NCBI GenBank assembly: GCA_047495785.1
Contig: JBLDXI010000004.1
Location: forward strand, 2,232,001-2,296,000
Origin: Lepidodermella squamata
Taxonomy: Eukaryota; Animalia; Gastrotricha
Reading direction: 5' to 3'
DNA: 64,000 nt
Every line of letters starts with the position of its first letter. Positions within the stretch are counted from its first letter, which is position 1. Shown one piece after another: positions 46,229-59,733 of this stretch. The translations under genes were made by a program, and so were the position numbers. Under the pieces are notes generated by a model, which was not told the origin of the DNA, made no database searches, and was given only the letters and a program-made list of their open reading frames with translations.

Positions 46229-48534
46229 TAGTAATCGGGAAAAATTTACTCTTCACAATTTTGCGTTTTTGCTATATCAATTTTTCACTTATTTCGCCCT
46301 CTCTAAATCAAATACAACCAGTCCAAAATCGGGAAAATTCGTGAATAAATAATTCTTTATTAGATGCCCTCGTTAGCGATTTTTCAAATTTTTCCGCCTG
46401 CTCCTGAAACGTCAAAAAATCGGGTAACTTAACGGATGAAAGAATGTGCCTCGTCACATATTTTGCTCTCAATTTTCCCGAAATGATAACAGTAGTTATT
46501 TCTTCAAATATTTGAATTGCATATTGCGAAAAAATTGAGAAAATTATGGCAAATTTAGAGGCCAGGAAATTTTAGACAATTTTAGATGCAACTTCGAAAA
46601 ATATCCTCCTCAGTTTCCTCTTAGAAGGTTCCGAAATTCCTATCTTTTCCTGTCATCCACTCGAATTTATTTCTATTCTAATATTTTGCGAATCAAATGT
46701 CAAATTATCGCATTTTTTATCCAATTTATTTTGTGTTTCAGCCTTTCCACGTGCCGAAATCTATCTGCGAGTCGATTGTCGATGTCGACAAGCTGCAAGT
46801 TTCGAGCTAGCTCAGCACATTCAACGCGTCGATGCAATTGCTATAGGTCTGAAGCTGTCCCTAAATTAGACATCCGTTCGTCGCTCATTTGTCAGCGGTC
46901 ACTCGTGTTTTTCAAACTGCCCACGTCTTTAGCGGTGATGGCCCAGGTCAACATGCGGGCCTAGATCTGGCGAAGATGCGGCATCGCCTGTTCTTCGAAA
47001 ACAAATATTCGCCTCTGAATGAGGTTTTCTACGCGTTATGGATGAAGCATGGATAATATCACCATTTTTATGATGAGAACGTCAGACTTCCTTGACCCTT
47101 GTCCTATAGAGGCTCTTGACTCACCCGTTGTAAAAGAGCTAAGTTTGCCCATTGTCTTTGGCTCTTAAATTTATATTTCCGTTTGCTGTTTTTCGTTGGA
47201 AATTAGTGTCTCTGTGTGCTGTATTTCAAAGGTATGAAGTAGCGCATAAACACCGGCCTGGTTTGTTCATTTTTCTACGTGTCTTCCGTCAAGATTTGCC
47301 TGTTTTGTGTGATTAATCTTCATTTATGATAGAGCGTCTCATCCTTTTGATCTCCAATCATCCTTAATAATTTTGAAAGATCCTATTCATGTAATTACTT
47401 AGCACTCGAAACTATGGCTGTCACTGTGCGATTATTAGATCTGCTTTTGTTCATTGATGACTACTTACTGCATATACCTGTTCTGAAATTTTAATAACAT
47501 TATTTTATAAGGATTTTATTTTGATCACGTGTTGTTTGTTTCAGTTTCGTTCGAGGAATCGCTTCGACCCATTGGCGTGTTTGAGTTCTTGAATAGCTCA
47601 TCTATCGTTATTTCTGCTTACTCATTCCAGTTTGACTAAATCTTATTTGATTTTGTCTTTAACAGTATTGTCATTCGATGCGATGAGCCGCTGCTGATGA
47701 GTTTTCTCGATTAATAAGCGAACTCGAATGATAACTATCGGTTGATTGTTCTCCTTATAGCCTGATTCCCAATTCGTAAATTATGTTTATTACTTATCAC
47801 GGTGACTCCTGGCTTCCCGCTACTCAGCGGGACAACTGAGACTATATGTTATTCAAGCATTCCACGACCTTTGTAATACAGCAAACTTGAAGTTCCGATG
47901 GTCTAGATCTTTTCATTCAGATACTTATCATTTGCCGCAACTTAACTGCTCTGAGTTCTTCAGTTGAATGATGAGGTCTTTCACATTATTCAGTGCGCTA
48001 CTTGTCGATGTCTTGTTAGCATGGCTAATAAATGGCTAATAATAAACAAATAAGACTTCTAATAACTTGTTCGCTATCATTTGTGATGCAATTCAACTGC
48101 AGATGGAGAGGAAGGGCCCACTCGTTTACTTTTTCGTAACAATACCGCGAGTAGCATCGAGATGGTCATATTGAGGCGTGCTGAACTCGGGACTTGGGTG
48201 GCTGTTAATTCAACTTGAGGGTTACAATCCTATATGCATCTAGCATCTAGCACAGATAAATTGGCCGATAACGCTCAGGAAATTTACTCGAGCGTTAACC
48301 CACTTCAAATTACTCACCTCACGCCTCAGCATGAGCAAACGCGAGGCAACGCGAGACTACAACAGCTGATAAACAATTCCAATCGCCATAGAAACTCTAA
48401 ATTTAATTATTTTCTTTATGAAATTAATAATAACTTTCATTAACCAATTTATTTACAACAAATAATTAAGAAATAATTGATTTTGCCGCAGAATCCCGTT
48501 CCGCTTGGTTGAAAACGGCCACGCAAAGTTGGCG

Positions 48535-51500
48535 TCACTATGCACGTATAATTTATTCACAGATTATTCAATGTTAAATGTTATGATCTGAAACTTACAG
48601 TGCCAGCACAAAGCCCATACCTTACAGCAGTACAGCTCGCATCTACGAAGCCGGTATAAGCCAGGACCATACCTGCAATTAAAATCAAATAGATAAGATA
48701 ACATAAATTCAATAGTTTCAGAACAAGCAAATACTAGGATAGTGTGCGATCTTGGATTCTGGAGCTGCCTGTAGTTGCCAAATTCAGTTGGGATTTCAAC
48801 AACAAATTAGCGAAGCGAGGACATTTTGAAGATTTTTCCCTAAAACACGCTTCAAAACCTCTCAAAATAAACAGTGAGATAAATTGTTATCAGTGAGCTA
48901 GAGGGAGATGGTGTGGGATGACTTCCATCTGAAAGTCGCACACTGACTGCATTACTTTAAAATTGACAGAATAAGTAAAATTCAGCTAACATGCTTTTGT
49001 ATAAATAGTTTAAGAATAACATTGCATCGAACTCACAATTGCCGTTGCTGCCTGGGCCGATGCTATCCCAAAACGGTGAGTATCCCATTTGCACGAGGGT
49101 ATTATCGTCGTCCCACCTGAAATCAGCTATTAACCCGACGAGCGCAGGTGAAGTCGCAGCCTTTAGTGCCGCCGCGTAATCATCTGCAGTGAAAAAAGTC
49201 GCCAGGCGTCCGCCATCCGTCTTACACGCCTCCATTTGTTGCCGAAATAAACCATTAGCGAGCGAGGATAGAAAATATTTGGTTATCTGTAGTTAAAATA
49301 GTAGTAGTGATATGCTAACCAGATCTGTAGTTTACAAATAACAATAAATGCAGGGTTTTTCGAGCATGGTATTCTGTTAACTAATTCGCGAAATGTGAGC
49401 TATCGGTGGTCAGGCTTCGTGCTGTCTCTAAGCCTGCATAGCCTAGTAAAGGCTAGCCTGCAAAGCCGAAATCGGTTTGACAAATTACTCATTTTTCCGA
49501 TATAAACAGGTTAAGAACATGAAATCATTCTTAGCCAGAAATAGCAAATTCCACGGGGGCATCGATCAAGCTAGGATAAAGTTTTAGTTGTGAAATGTAA
49601 TTTCGTTAAAATAATCACCACTGAAAGCTAGCGTAAAAGCTCTCACCATCATCTAATATTTAATTCAAGCCTCTTTGACCTCCAGCCCCTTGAATTTTAT
49701 CGGCCCCGGTCGAAATTTGCGGCGATGCTCATAATGGTCATATCAGAGATGGAAACAAGTTGCGTAAACAGGCCGGTATAAAAACAGGTTACCGGTATGG
49801 GTCTGGTTTTGGTCGGGTTTGAACAAAAAATGACCGGTTCACCAGGAAATCATATCATAACGCAAAATGGCTTCTTACAGTGTCGACGCCAGTGAGGTAG
49901 TCCTAGGCAACAGTGCGCGAAGTAAGATCCTGGAACTAGGGGGTATTTTCAGGCCCTAATTTTATGAAAAAAGGGTCCCCCTTGTGTTTTTTTTGGAAAG
50001 TTCCCACTTTGGCCTTGCGAACTGGGGGTACGATACCCCCCATTCCCCCCGTAATTCGCGCTCTGTTCGCTTAAGATCGTAAGCAGTAAATAAAACGATA
50101 AGCGCTAACAATTCTTCATTTTTTGCTTCCAAGAAATTGAGCGGGCAAACATTGCAAACATGGGAAAGGTTGGGTTGGGAGAAAGCTACCTGTATCCACC
50201 TCGGGGTCATATATCGAAAATGTTCATACCTGAGGGACCTGAGATTGCAAGCAGTCAGCATAGTTGCCAGAAAAGTCTGATTTCGCCCGAAAAATTGTTA
50301 CCTGAAAAATAGAACTCACTGATTATGAGATCACAAGCATGGAAGGAACTTCTCATATGTCTTCGAATAAAACAAAATTGAATTAATCCGACAAAAACAT
50401 TGTGAACTACGAAAAAAGACCCTTTGGTCGGAATTCGAGGCTGAAAATACCCAGGGGATCCTCGGGGGTCCTACTTCACCCACTGGCTTGGAATAGATTT
50501 GGTGTAATTTTAGCCCAACAGCTTTGAATAAATTTGATAAAAGTTAAGCCTACCACTGTCATAGGAGACGGGCACGTATTTCGGCAAACCATTGAACCAG
50601 ACGTCGAACATAGGGCAGCAGGCTGCAAAATGCGAAAATTACCACTTAAACAAAGAACATATTTCAAAAACGAACGCCTGCGACGCAGTGGAATCTGTCG
50701 ATGTAAGTTCCGCTACTGTAAGACTAACAAAAAAAGTAGGAATCCATACAAAAGTGTTCCAATTTATTAAAAGCGACTATACCTGAGTCATTGTGGCTGT
50801 ATGGCATGGCATCGATTGGCAGCCGACGAAAGACCGATCGCTTTGCAGGAAACATCGATTGAAGGGCACGAAATCGGGATTATTTCGGACATCTGTATAA
50901 ATAAATCAGAATAAACCTGGTTCAAGACATTGTAACTGCGAAAGAAACCGGTAAAATTACGAAAAATTAAGCGCAAGCGTGGACTTTTACTACTTATTGA
51001 TATTGACAAATTCGAACAAACGTTTCTCCTGTGCCATGCAGAGTTGCATCGTTGTATAACTGCCGACTGGTGTCTGCGTTGAAAAGAAACAAACAAAGCG
51101 AATCAATTCGGATTTACTTTTATGGAAACTCACTCCGCCATTTGGGCACGAGCCGTAGATCGGAATACATGTACGCTCGCCGTTTTGGTCACAGACTGTC
51201 GCAGGAGTATTCTGATTTAAAAATAGACAGGCCAAAAGAATATCTCAAATCTGCATCTCAAAATTGCTATTAATAAGCGCAAAAAGACCGATTCGAACAA
51301 ATTTAAAATCAAACCAAGAAATGTTTAATCGTCCATCGGCACAGATCGTACTGCGTTGCGAAGACCTCTCCGAGAAATTCTGCCGTCTGTTTTGAGTAAC
51401 AAGTCGAGGCATGGAAAGTTGTTGTGAAATCACAGGCACATACTAAAACTTCATCGTCCTTATCGCAGCCAAGATTACGTGGGATGCATCGCATGTTGAC

Positions 51501-51820
51501 CGTTTTGTAGTTGAAGCAGCTTCGGGCGGCCTAAAATCAACTTTAGGATCATCAATTAGGGGAAAATGAGAGCCCTCACGCCGGATTTGCAACTCGCCAA
51601 CGAATTCAGCTTGAGCCCGAGCTTTTTGGAATTCGGTTAAAAATAGAAAAGAAAATCTGACGTTGAATAAAGGGCTTACCTGAACGTCATCGAGGAATGA
51701 GCAATTCTCTTTACAACCTGCGAAAGAATCATTCAAACGGGAGAAACACCGCTTGAATTCCTGTGAATAGGCTGATGCTGCTAGGCTCAAGATGAGAAAG
51801 ATGCGTATTATGTCAGGCAT
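48535..51820 (-). CDS. Multi-exon secreted Cys-rich-repeat protein with one C-terminal C-type-lectin-like domain
   Basis: ATG 51820, signal peptide MPDIIRIFLILSLAASAYSQ, donor GTAAG at 51679; Cys-rich exons (RCIPRNLGC, PATVCDQNGERTCIPIYGSCP, PAALCSTSGSMVCRNTCP); CTLD exons 49286-49037 (ACKTDGGRLATF...VGLI..F.W) and 48672-48599; TAG acceptor followed by TGA at 48537-48535; AATAAA near 48450. Internal exon boundaries are approximate. Confidence 0.8.
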
Positions 51821-52150
51821 TTTTGAAAGCTGAATTTGAGCTGAAAAAATAATTGAATGAAATAAAAACAGCAACTATTTTTAGTGGAGGTTGAGTACGT
51901 GATGTTTTTCAGAGAAAAACAACTGGCAAATGACGCGCTTTTGTTTTGTGTCCTAGCACACAGGGGCGGTGGTGTCTTTTTTCATCTAACCATATTTCTG
52001 TCCTGGAAATTGATATCTTTGGAAATGTTCGTGTAATTCGTGTAATACAGTGCTCCCTACCCCGTGGCGCCATCCTTAAAAGAACTCCAACGTTTGTAGA
52101 CCGTAATTTTGGACCTTGGTAAATAAATTAGTTTTACATTTTTGATTAAA

Positions 52151-52224
52151 TAAAAAATAATTATTTGATAGATAAAAAATAATTATTTGATAGATAAAAA
52201 ATAATTATTTGATAGATAAAAAAT
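52151..52224. repeat. 22-bp tandem repeat, ~3.4 copies
   Basis: TAAAAAATAATTATTTGATAGA x3 plus a partial copy. Confidence 0.9.
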
Positions 52225-52238
52225 TAAGGGTGAAAGAG

Positions 52239-53038
52239 CAGGGGTTCTCAAACAGGTGCACGCGTGCGACTTGGGGCACGCCGGCCCATTTTTGTCCGTT
52301 TCCAGTTTTCTTATTTCTCATTCATAAAACGCAAAAGGAACTCATTGTCTTAGGACTAATAGCAGTATGGAATCGAAACTAGCGGAAAATTCTTCTGATC
52401 GGGGCAAAAAATGCGATTTTTGTGAGTGATGCAAAATGGGCTATGAGTGCTGTGACCATGGGACTTGGATTTTTAGATTCCTCAACTTACGACGAATCGC
52501 TTTATATAAAAAACTGCTCAACTTTAAGATCTGAGTCGAAAAAATTCATTGATCGAAAAATGCCTCTTAAATATGGCAGCAATGCTTTGAGTCATCGCGA
52601 TTTTGCATATTCATGAAACTTGAAGCTGATGCCTAAAAAAACGTTGGTAAAACTGCGAATAAATTAAATAAAAAAGCTTAGAAGTAGAAAATAAGTCGAA
52701 TTTTTATATAAAGCGATTCGTCGTTAGTTGAGGAATCTAAAAATCCAAGTCCCATGGTCATTGCACCCATATACCTGAGAAGCAGTTAAGCAGTTAATTG
52801 CCAAGTCCACCTGAAAAAAACGACGAAACGATGGCCGAGTTGGTGAAAATTTCAGTTATTTTCGTTGTTGCGTTTTGTTCAGATGAGTGTGAAATACCTA
52901 CTCGAACCAAATATAATCAAGTTAACTGCAAAGAAAAAGAGATATCTGCGTTTTTAGAAGGATTTAATAGTGGGGCACGCAGCCTTGGTTGCGTGCCCTA
53001 AATGGGGGCACCGCCGCGAAAATGTTTGAGAACCACTG
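52239..53038. mobile_element. hAT-family MITE (800 bp) containing an internal inverted repeat
   Basis: TIRs CAGGGGTTCTCAAAC and GTTTGAGAACCACTG; 8-bp TSD TGAAAGAG at 52231-52238 and 53039-53046; subterminal TGGGGCAC motifs; ~60-bp IR at 52453-52513 / 52701-52760. Confidence 0.92.
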
Positions 53039-54022
53039 TGAAAGAGTTAAACTAATAAAGCGTTCCTAGAAACCTAGCGGCGCGTTGGCGTGGTTTTGAG
53101 AGATCCAGTTTTTTCCAGTTTAGTTAAAAGATCATCAGTGCATTAAGCTGTTCTTGTGGCTCTGAAATGATTTTATGAGTGTGTGGATTAGCTGCCACTC
53201 AAGTCGTGCTGCGAGTCGTCCTGTTTTTTAGTTGAAATTCCACCAGATATTACGCCAGTTCATCAGAAAAAAATATTTCTGGCCCCACCATCTTAGTACT
53301 TCTCGAACTTGATGTCTTTCTCACTAGGGGGTGGTGTAATACTCACGGAAGGTTTGACTGGGTGCGTTTGAAGCATTATCAGGCTAATTGCTATTCCGTG
53401 GCGACAATGAAATGAAAACCGTTAGCCAAAGCTCGCTTCGCTCGTGAGTGGATGATTCCTCATTGAATCTTAATATAGTTTGATGAGAATATGTTACAGC
53501 TTAGATTTATTGGAAGTGGGGTCGCTGAAATTTGTGGAATCGCGATTGGCAGGAAAAAGTTATAACATGTCTAGGAAAGTTATAGACAAGCCTGCCATTT
53601 TTAGACTATTTTCATCTCGAATTGTTCAAAAATACCGTTCGCTAAAGCTCGCATTTTTCAGCAATGTAGTTTTTCAATTTAGTTGGCAGGTTGATTACCG
53701 GAAAATGTCATAGCTTTGAGAGGTTTTGGAGTATTTCTGAGAGACAAATCTTCGAAATCTTCGACAAATCTTTCGCTCGAGATGTGGTTCAAATTACAAT
53801 TAATTTTCACCAAAAAAGCCAGACCCCCCAACCGTGAAAGGCTGGTTACACCCCTGCCGCTATAGCAAATTTGGTTCAGCCCACTGTAAAAAGAGGACCC
53901 ATTTATTAAAAATTCCGTGAAAATGTGTGAAACTCTGCAATATCAGAAGCATGTACGACAAAATAAATAATAAATAAAGCAATAAAGAGAGGAAATAAAG
54001 TAGGGTTTGGGAATTTCGCCGA

Positions 54023-55266
54023 GGTTCGCCATACTTTTCTCAACCGTACTTTTCCGAACAGTGTATTTCGTTCTCAACATGCAGCTACTCAACCCGCATT
54101 TTTCTCAACATGCATAAAAGACCCCGCCTTTCGTGACTCGAGTCCCTCTTCAGAGCACCTCTCACTGCGTGCGGTCCGCCACCTTCACAGCACTACTCCC
54201 GTCTTTTCTAAGCGCTCTTATAATCCCGCAGCGTGGAGTAACTTGGCCTTAATAACCAGAAGCCAAATGTTTGATTATGGGTTGAGTAAAACGGAAAAGC
54301 AATAAACACCAAGTGGTCCAAGCAGATATATGGCTTAGGGGTTTTGGATCGAAATTTTTTGAAAAATTTACCTTTGAAATTCATGCGCTTTCAAAATAAT
54401 GCACATATACCTAATCGAAATATCGAGTTCAATTCCGGGCAACAATTCTGGCGGAGGCTAAATTTTAATTCAAGTCAGCATTCCACATGCTACCAATTAT
54501 TCTGATCGAAGTCTGCCATCAGCCGCGGCAAAATATTGCGCGAAATACCGTATTTTAGTGGTATTAAGGCCGCGGCGACTATTTTTCCTGATTTTCGTAT
54601 AAAGGGTAAAAAGCCGCGATTACCCCTTAGTTTTATTTGAGTGCAAGTGCGGCGTTTATTTGAGCCGCGGCCTTTATACCACTAAATACGGTAACCACAA
54701 ATGTGTATGAAATTAACACGGATGAGCAAGGCAAGCAGGCAATCGGCAAACCGGTCACCGTGGCTGATGGATGACCGGCCGATTGCAGACTTTGAAACGC
54801 GACCCAAATGACGAGAGGCTTGGACTCATTTTAATTTTGGCACACCAATTCGAGTGTACTCTGTCTTGGAAATCACCGCGCGCAGTACAGAATTAAAGCG
54901 CCATAAAAACTCCGATTTTTGCCAATTTTACAGAAATAAAGTGCACAAATTTTCCGATTTTTGCCAATTTTTCTTGTCACTTTTGACTAGCTGGGTACCC
55001 GAAAATGTTCAAATTGCAGTAAAAAGTCAAAAATAATTAACATTTTGAATTATTGCCAGACTGTTTACCCTCTTAAGAAGGAGAATCATGTCGATTGGGG
55101 TCTAATGGTAACAAGACTATTAGACTGGAGAGGCACTCGCATGCGCCCCCCGCATCGCCGGGGCTCACGCTCGCGCGTCAAGTTGAGAAACACACCTGTT
55201 GTGTAAACAACACGTTGAGAAAGCTACATGTTGAGAAAAGTACAGTTGAGAAAAGGCGGCACTACC
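54023..55266. mobile_element. Degenerate foldback-like TIR element with modular TTCTCAAC subterminal repeats
   Basis: Left TTTTCTCAACCGTACTTTTC...TTCTCAACATG; right CATGTTGAGAAAAGTACAGTTGAGAAAAG; no TSD found. Confidence 0.55.
54548..54691. mobile_element. Small Tc1/pogo-like MITE nested in the foldback-like element
   Basis: TA-CCGTATTTTAGTGGTATTAAGGCCGCGGC ... GCCGCGGCCTTTATACCACTAAATACGG-TA. Confidence 0.8.
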
Positions 55267-55895
55267 GTTTTAATTTCCTGGAAAAGTTTCCGTATTTTTA
55301 TCTACGACTTCAAAGCACATAAGTGATTTGGCAAACTTGAATGTCCGGATGTGAAGTCCCGGCATTGAGCACATATTATTAATCCAAATTAAGAGGTGAT
55401 TTGAAAAATATTCATGGATACGAACCACGTGGAGTGTTCCCGCAGCGTATAAACATTAGTCTCTTCAAGCGAGAAAGTAACACTCTAAGCCTGCCACAAG
55501 ATCGATTTGTTTTGTAAAATAAAAAAGTAAATTGAGCTAATGAGATTCCAGTTTCTGTTTTCGTTTTGAGTTCATTAACCCCAAGCAGGACTGAACGTCA
55601 CAGTAAAAACCATGGCAAACAATGGTAACCAGTCAAATCAAAGTCGCCCTGGCAACACTTGGCGACGCACTTATGATTCATCGCTTTATCGTTTCACAGC
55701 CTGCAGCGAGCTAAATTTTCAATTACACATAATTCCTGTCCGCCTCTTTCAGCGCGTTGACATGGCAACTGTCTTAAGACGTAGCAACGGTCTATTTTTA
55801 GCTCCTGCATTCAATTAAAGCCCTCGTTATAGCTTTCTCTTGTTTAACGACCGGGTCTGGCTCCCGACCCAGTGCCTTTATCGAGGGAGCCCTGT

Positions 55896-58745
55896 ATATC
55901 GTTCGTGTTGCGACGTAAGAGACCGCGTTAGGCAGTACTTCCATGCTGTTTGTAATAAAATACTTGGTACTGGTATAAGCTACTTTTTATTTGCCGGTAA
56001 TAGCATCATTATTTCGGCGCATCCGATACCGAACGGTTGCAACGCCTACCAGAATGCGAACTACGCACAAAGGCTTCAGAACATTTCTCCGTTATCATGG
56101 CTAAATTCTTAAGATCAACCAAATTTATCCTCCTCTTCTTGATTTCACCTTCGTTTCCTTCGAGCGCAGTCTAGGATAATTATCTATCAATTTTATAATT
56201 ATAATTATATAATTTTTATTTTTCAATTCCATCATTCTATCAATTCAATCAATATCCATAGGGTAAACTCATAGGGTAACATCTCTGTCTCTGTCTCTCT
56301 CGCTCTCTCTGCATAGTCTTGTTGAACCACGACTATCACCACTTATTGTTCAAACATGACCAGAGTCTGCTTTCGAATGGGCACAATTTTTAGTTTCCAA
56401 TTCCCGGAGCATAATTTTATGCGACCCATGCAGTTATCATCACGAAAAGTGCATATTACGGAATTATGGACTATGACTATGAGCCAATTTTTATTCTGTG
56501 CCAAGAAAATGCCAAGAGAGCACTTATTACGCTATTAGTTATCAACTATTTTGTGGTTATCCTTCTCCATTATCTCGCAGCTCGGAGGCATTTCGATATC
56601 CTTCTTAAATTGTATTGCATGAAAAAGCGATCAAGTATTTTTCTAATCGCGTTTCAAGTTTTATCAAATATGAGCCGTTGAGCTGTTGCGAAAAACTGAA
56701 CTACAACCTTGCGCGAAGCTCGCGGAATCGCTAAAGTAGATTCGCAGCAACATGAGGTCAAAAGTGGAATAAGCCAAAGTTTACAAAGTTGGTAGCATTC
56801 GAGAATTGCTAGGATGACTTTTATCCCTGCATCCTAAGAAATATGCGGATTGTCTTGGTAATGTGATCTGTGATCTGGTTAGCGATTTAGCGATGATTGA
56901 TGATTAGCAATTAGCAACGAAACCGCCGTATTCGAGGAATGCTTGACATGCAACTCGCTTGGCATGATTCGTATACAACAAAACGGGACCCACCATTTGA
57001 GTTTGGGATTCACGATTTTTGCGCGGACTTCTTAATGAAATAGTACGTCACATTTAGTCTGATGGTGTTGAACCGATTGCAAAATGCCACGGACTAATAG
57101 TTATCAAAGAAAGCAATCATGCGCAGAAGTAATTTACAATGCGCATCCACTTGATCATTTTAGCTGGAATCTTAACTATAATTAGGTCAATCTAATGGCA
57201 CTTCAATCTAATGGCGAGAATGCAGAAAAACTTTCAGGGCAGTGTGGTCCAAAGTGTGACTCCCAGTCATTTTGACTCTTTTGAGATTTTTTACTCTTTT
57301 ACAAAAATAACGAATTTTGTTAAAAAAACCAGTCGAACCCCGCAAAAAGTTGCAGCGATAGGTGAATATAGAGAGCAATTTTCGCGCTAGAACGGGAATT
57401 GGAGTGATATTTAGACGTAAAATTTATCGGTGTTTATCGGCGTTTTAATGGTTTTAACTCTTCTTGGCCCAATTTTGACTTGGGTTTGTGACTCGCCAGT
57501 TCCCGGCCGTGGACCACACTGTTTCAGGGTTTCAGATGAATTGAAGGCAAATAAGTGGCGCGTACTTCATGATGAGAACGACTTGGGGGTAGATTTCTGA
57601 ACCAATGGAGCAATTTGTTCTCCTTGTCAAGGCTAAATCCTGAATCAAAGCGCAGCTTTTTAGAGACAAATCTTATCTGCTCTAGGTATTGAAATTCAAC
57701 ACTTAATTGGTATACAATAGATATGGACATTCTTTGTTTTTAAATGGAAGAAAAAAGCTAAACCAAAGCTGTCAAATCAAAATGAACCGCTATCACTGCG
57801 CCGTAGTCGTACCGTAGTCGTTAGCGTCGTTGAATACAACTCAGATGTGGGCTTGTTCACGTCAGTTACAGACAGTTGACAGGTGACAAGTTTGCTTCTC
57901 TCTTCGTTCACATAAAAACTCTAAAATTTCCAGGGGCGAGATCTACTTTCAATAACATTGCATGTGCATGAATATCATTCTATAATTTTTCGTAGAAATC
58001 AGAGGACCTTTAAATTTAGAATGGCTCGTTTGTAAAATACGTAATAGGAATTCATAACATCTTATTGCACTTTCTCTCGCAGCTATTAAAGTAGCTAAGT
58101 ACATCCTATTAGCTGCTGTATTAAATTATAAATTCTGCATTGTTGATAGGGTTATTATACCTCAACTTTTAATCGAATTCGGCACTCAAGTTATAGCTGA
58201 TCGGATAAAGATGGGATATTGGATATTGATTGGGAATCGGAAAAGGAAAATTCCGCCATAAGGTCGCTAATAAACTATTGCAGAGTGCTGGCTCTTTCGA
58301 TATATTCAACCTGTTATCGCCATTTCTGTTAAACAAAGTGTGATGAATTATTCTCTTTGTTTCATTTCCTTGGTTCGTTTTCAATCATTTCGCTGCATTG
58401 AAAATAAAGATTTACGGCACCGAGTCACGGATAGTAATAGTTTTTCATTGGTCACGGCAGCTCGTTTTTCCACCTGTAAAATCTGCAATCAAAAGATTCC
58501 AGAAGAACGCGAGAAAACTTAGATGAATTATAGGTGAAAAAGCTGAATTTCTCTTATCTCTTCAAGAGTCCAAGAACGCACTATAGCAATCGCAGCTAAT
58601 GGCAATTTTATAGCCCTTGAACCAAAGATAGTAATTTGGGATGCAACCGCTCCGCAGTTCTAAACAACCGCAATATAGCGGTATAATGATATATAGAAAT
58701 ATGCGCTAGTACTGGCGGTCCCTTACGTCGCAACACGAACGATAT
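55896..58745. mobile_element. ~2.85-kb non-autonomous TIR element
   Basis: 31-bp inverted repeat ATATCGTTCGTGTTGCGACGTAAG(A/G)GACCGC with one mismatch; possible TA TSD; no transposase ORF inside. Confidence 0.75.
57240..57521. mobile_element. hAT-like MITE (282 bp) nested in the 2.85-kb element
   Basis: Perfect 12-bp TIR CAGTGTGGTCCA / TGGACCACACTG; 8-bp TSD TTTCAGGG at 57232-57239 and 57522-57529. Confidence 0.92.
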
Positions 58746-59346
58746 GTTTTCATCTAACCAGAATCTTTTTCAATATAAACCAGGAATCCGACCCTTTAAT
58801 AATTCAGCTAAAACAGCGGTTCCCAAACTATTTGTCTCGTATGACACAATAGTGTCCTATGAGAATGGCTAAAATGAATAAAATTCGGTTGGGAATGGGA
58901 CAATTTGTTCGCCTACTTGCTGAGAATAAAAAGTGATTGCTTGTTAACGGTGGTTTTTGATGGCTACACCTCAACATTGGAAAAAAATCGCACATGAAAT
59001 TTAGACCAATCGTGCGAGCGAAGCGAGAATATTTTTTATTTTGACACTGAAAATCGACGTAAAACTTCTTAAAAATGAGACGTTACCTCGGGGCTTTCCC
59101 AGAAACTCAATTTGGAGTTTCCGTTCGCAATTATTCATTTCGATTAATCTTGTTGTCAGGTACAATCTGTAACGTGCTCAAATAACTCAGTTTAACCACT
59201 GTTCTGCGTTGAACTAGACCTGCTCCAAATGTATACAAATTTATTTATCAGTCGTCATCCCAACCTCGGGACTCCGTCGAAGTTTGCATGTCTTTCTTGA
59301 AAGTCTTGAAGGCGCTTAACGAACCTCGCACCTCGCGCTTTCATTA

Positions 59347-59733
59347 ATGCAACTCTTGAGAAAAAGGGGGAAGGCGGCTTCTACGTCATACCAGATCAGC
59401 GTGGTCGGCGTAAATCGTCGCGTTAACTGGGCCATGTTGGTTCAGATACGAGAAAGAACCAAAAAAGCTATCGACTTCGCTTTTCATACTTTCTTCGCCA
59501 AGCGCTACAACAAAGACGTAATATTATTTCATTTCCAACTTGTTCGAAAATACGAAAAGCGATTGCCGATCGAATCAAGCCTCAAGAAAGATCTCATCGA
59601 AATGGATAACAAAGGCATAATTCCAGAAGCTTACGGGTCAGTCATTATGGCTTACGAGGAAGGAGCCGACAAACCGGCTGCATGTATCATTGACTCTAAA
59701 CTTCTCACTTGCAATTTTAAGGCCTTTCGATGA
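59347..59733 (+). pseudogene. Possible decayed DNA-transposase C-terminal fragment
   Basis: RVNWAMLVQIR and YEKRLPIESSLKKDLIEMDNKGIIPEAY resemble, from memory, the C-terminus of arthropod Sola-like transposases; not verified by any search. Confidence 0.35.

Noticed and set aside
50534-51273. Plus-strand ORFs duplicated at 62209-62926
   Set aside because: Antisense shadows of the minus-strand spliced lectin genes
58814-58900. hAT-like terminus CAGCGGTTCCCAAACT
   Set aside because: No convincing partner TIR or TSD
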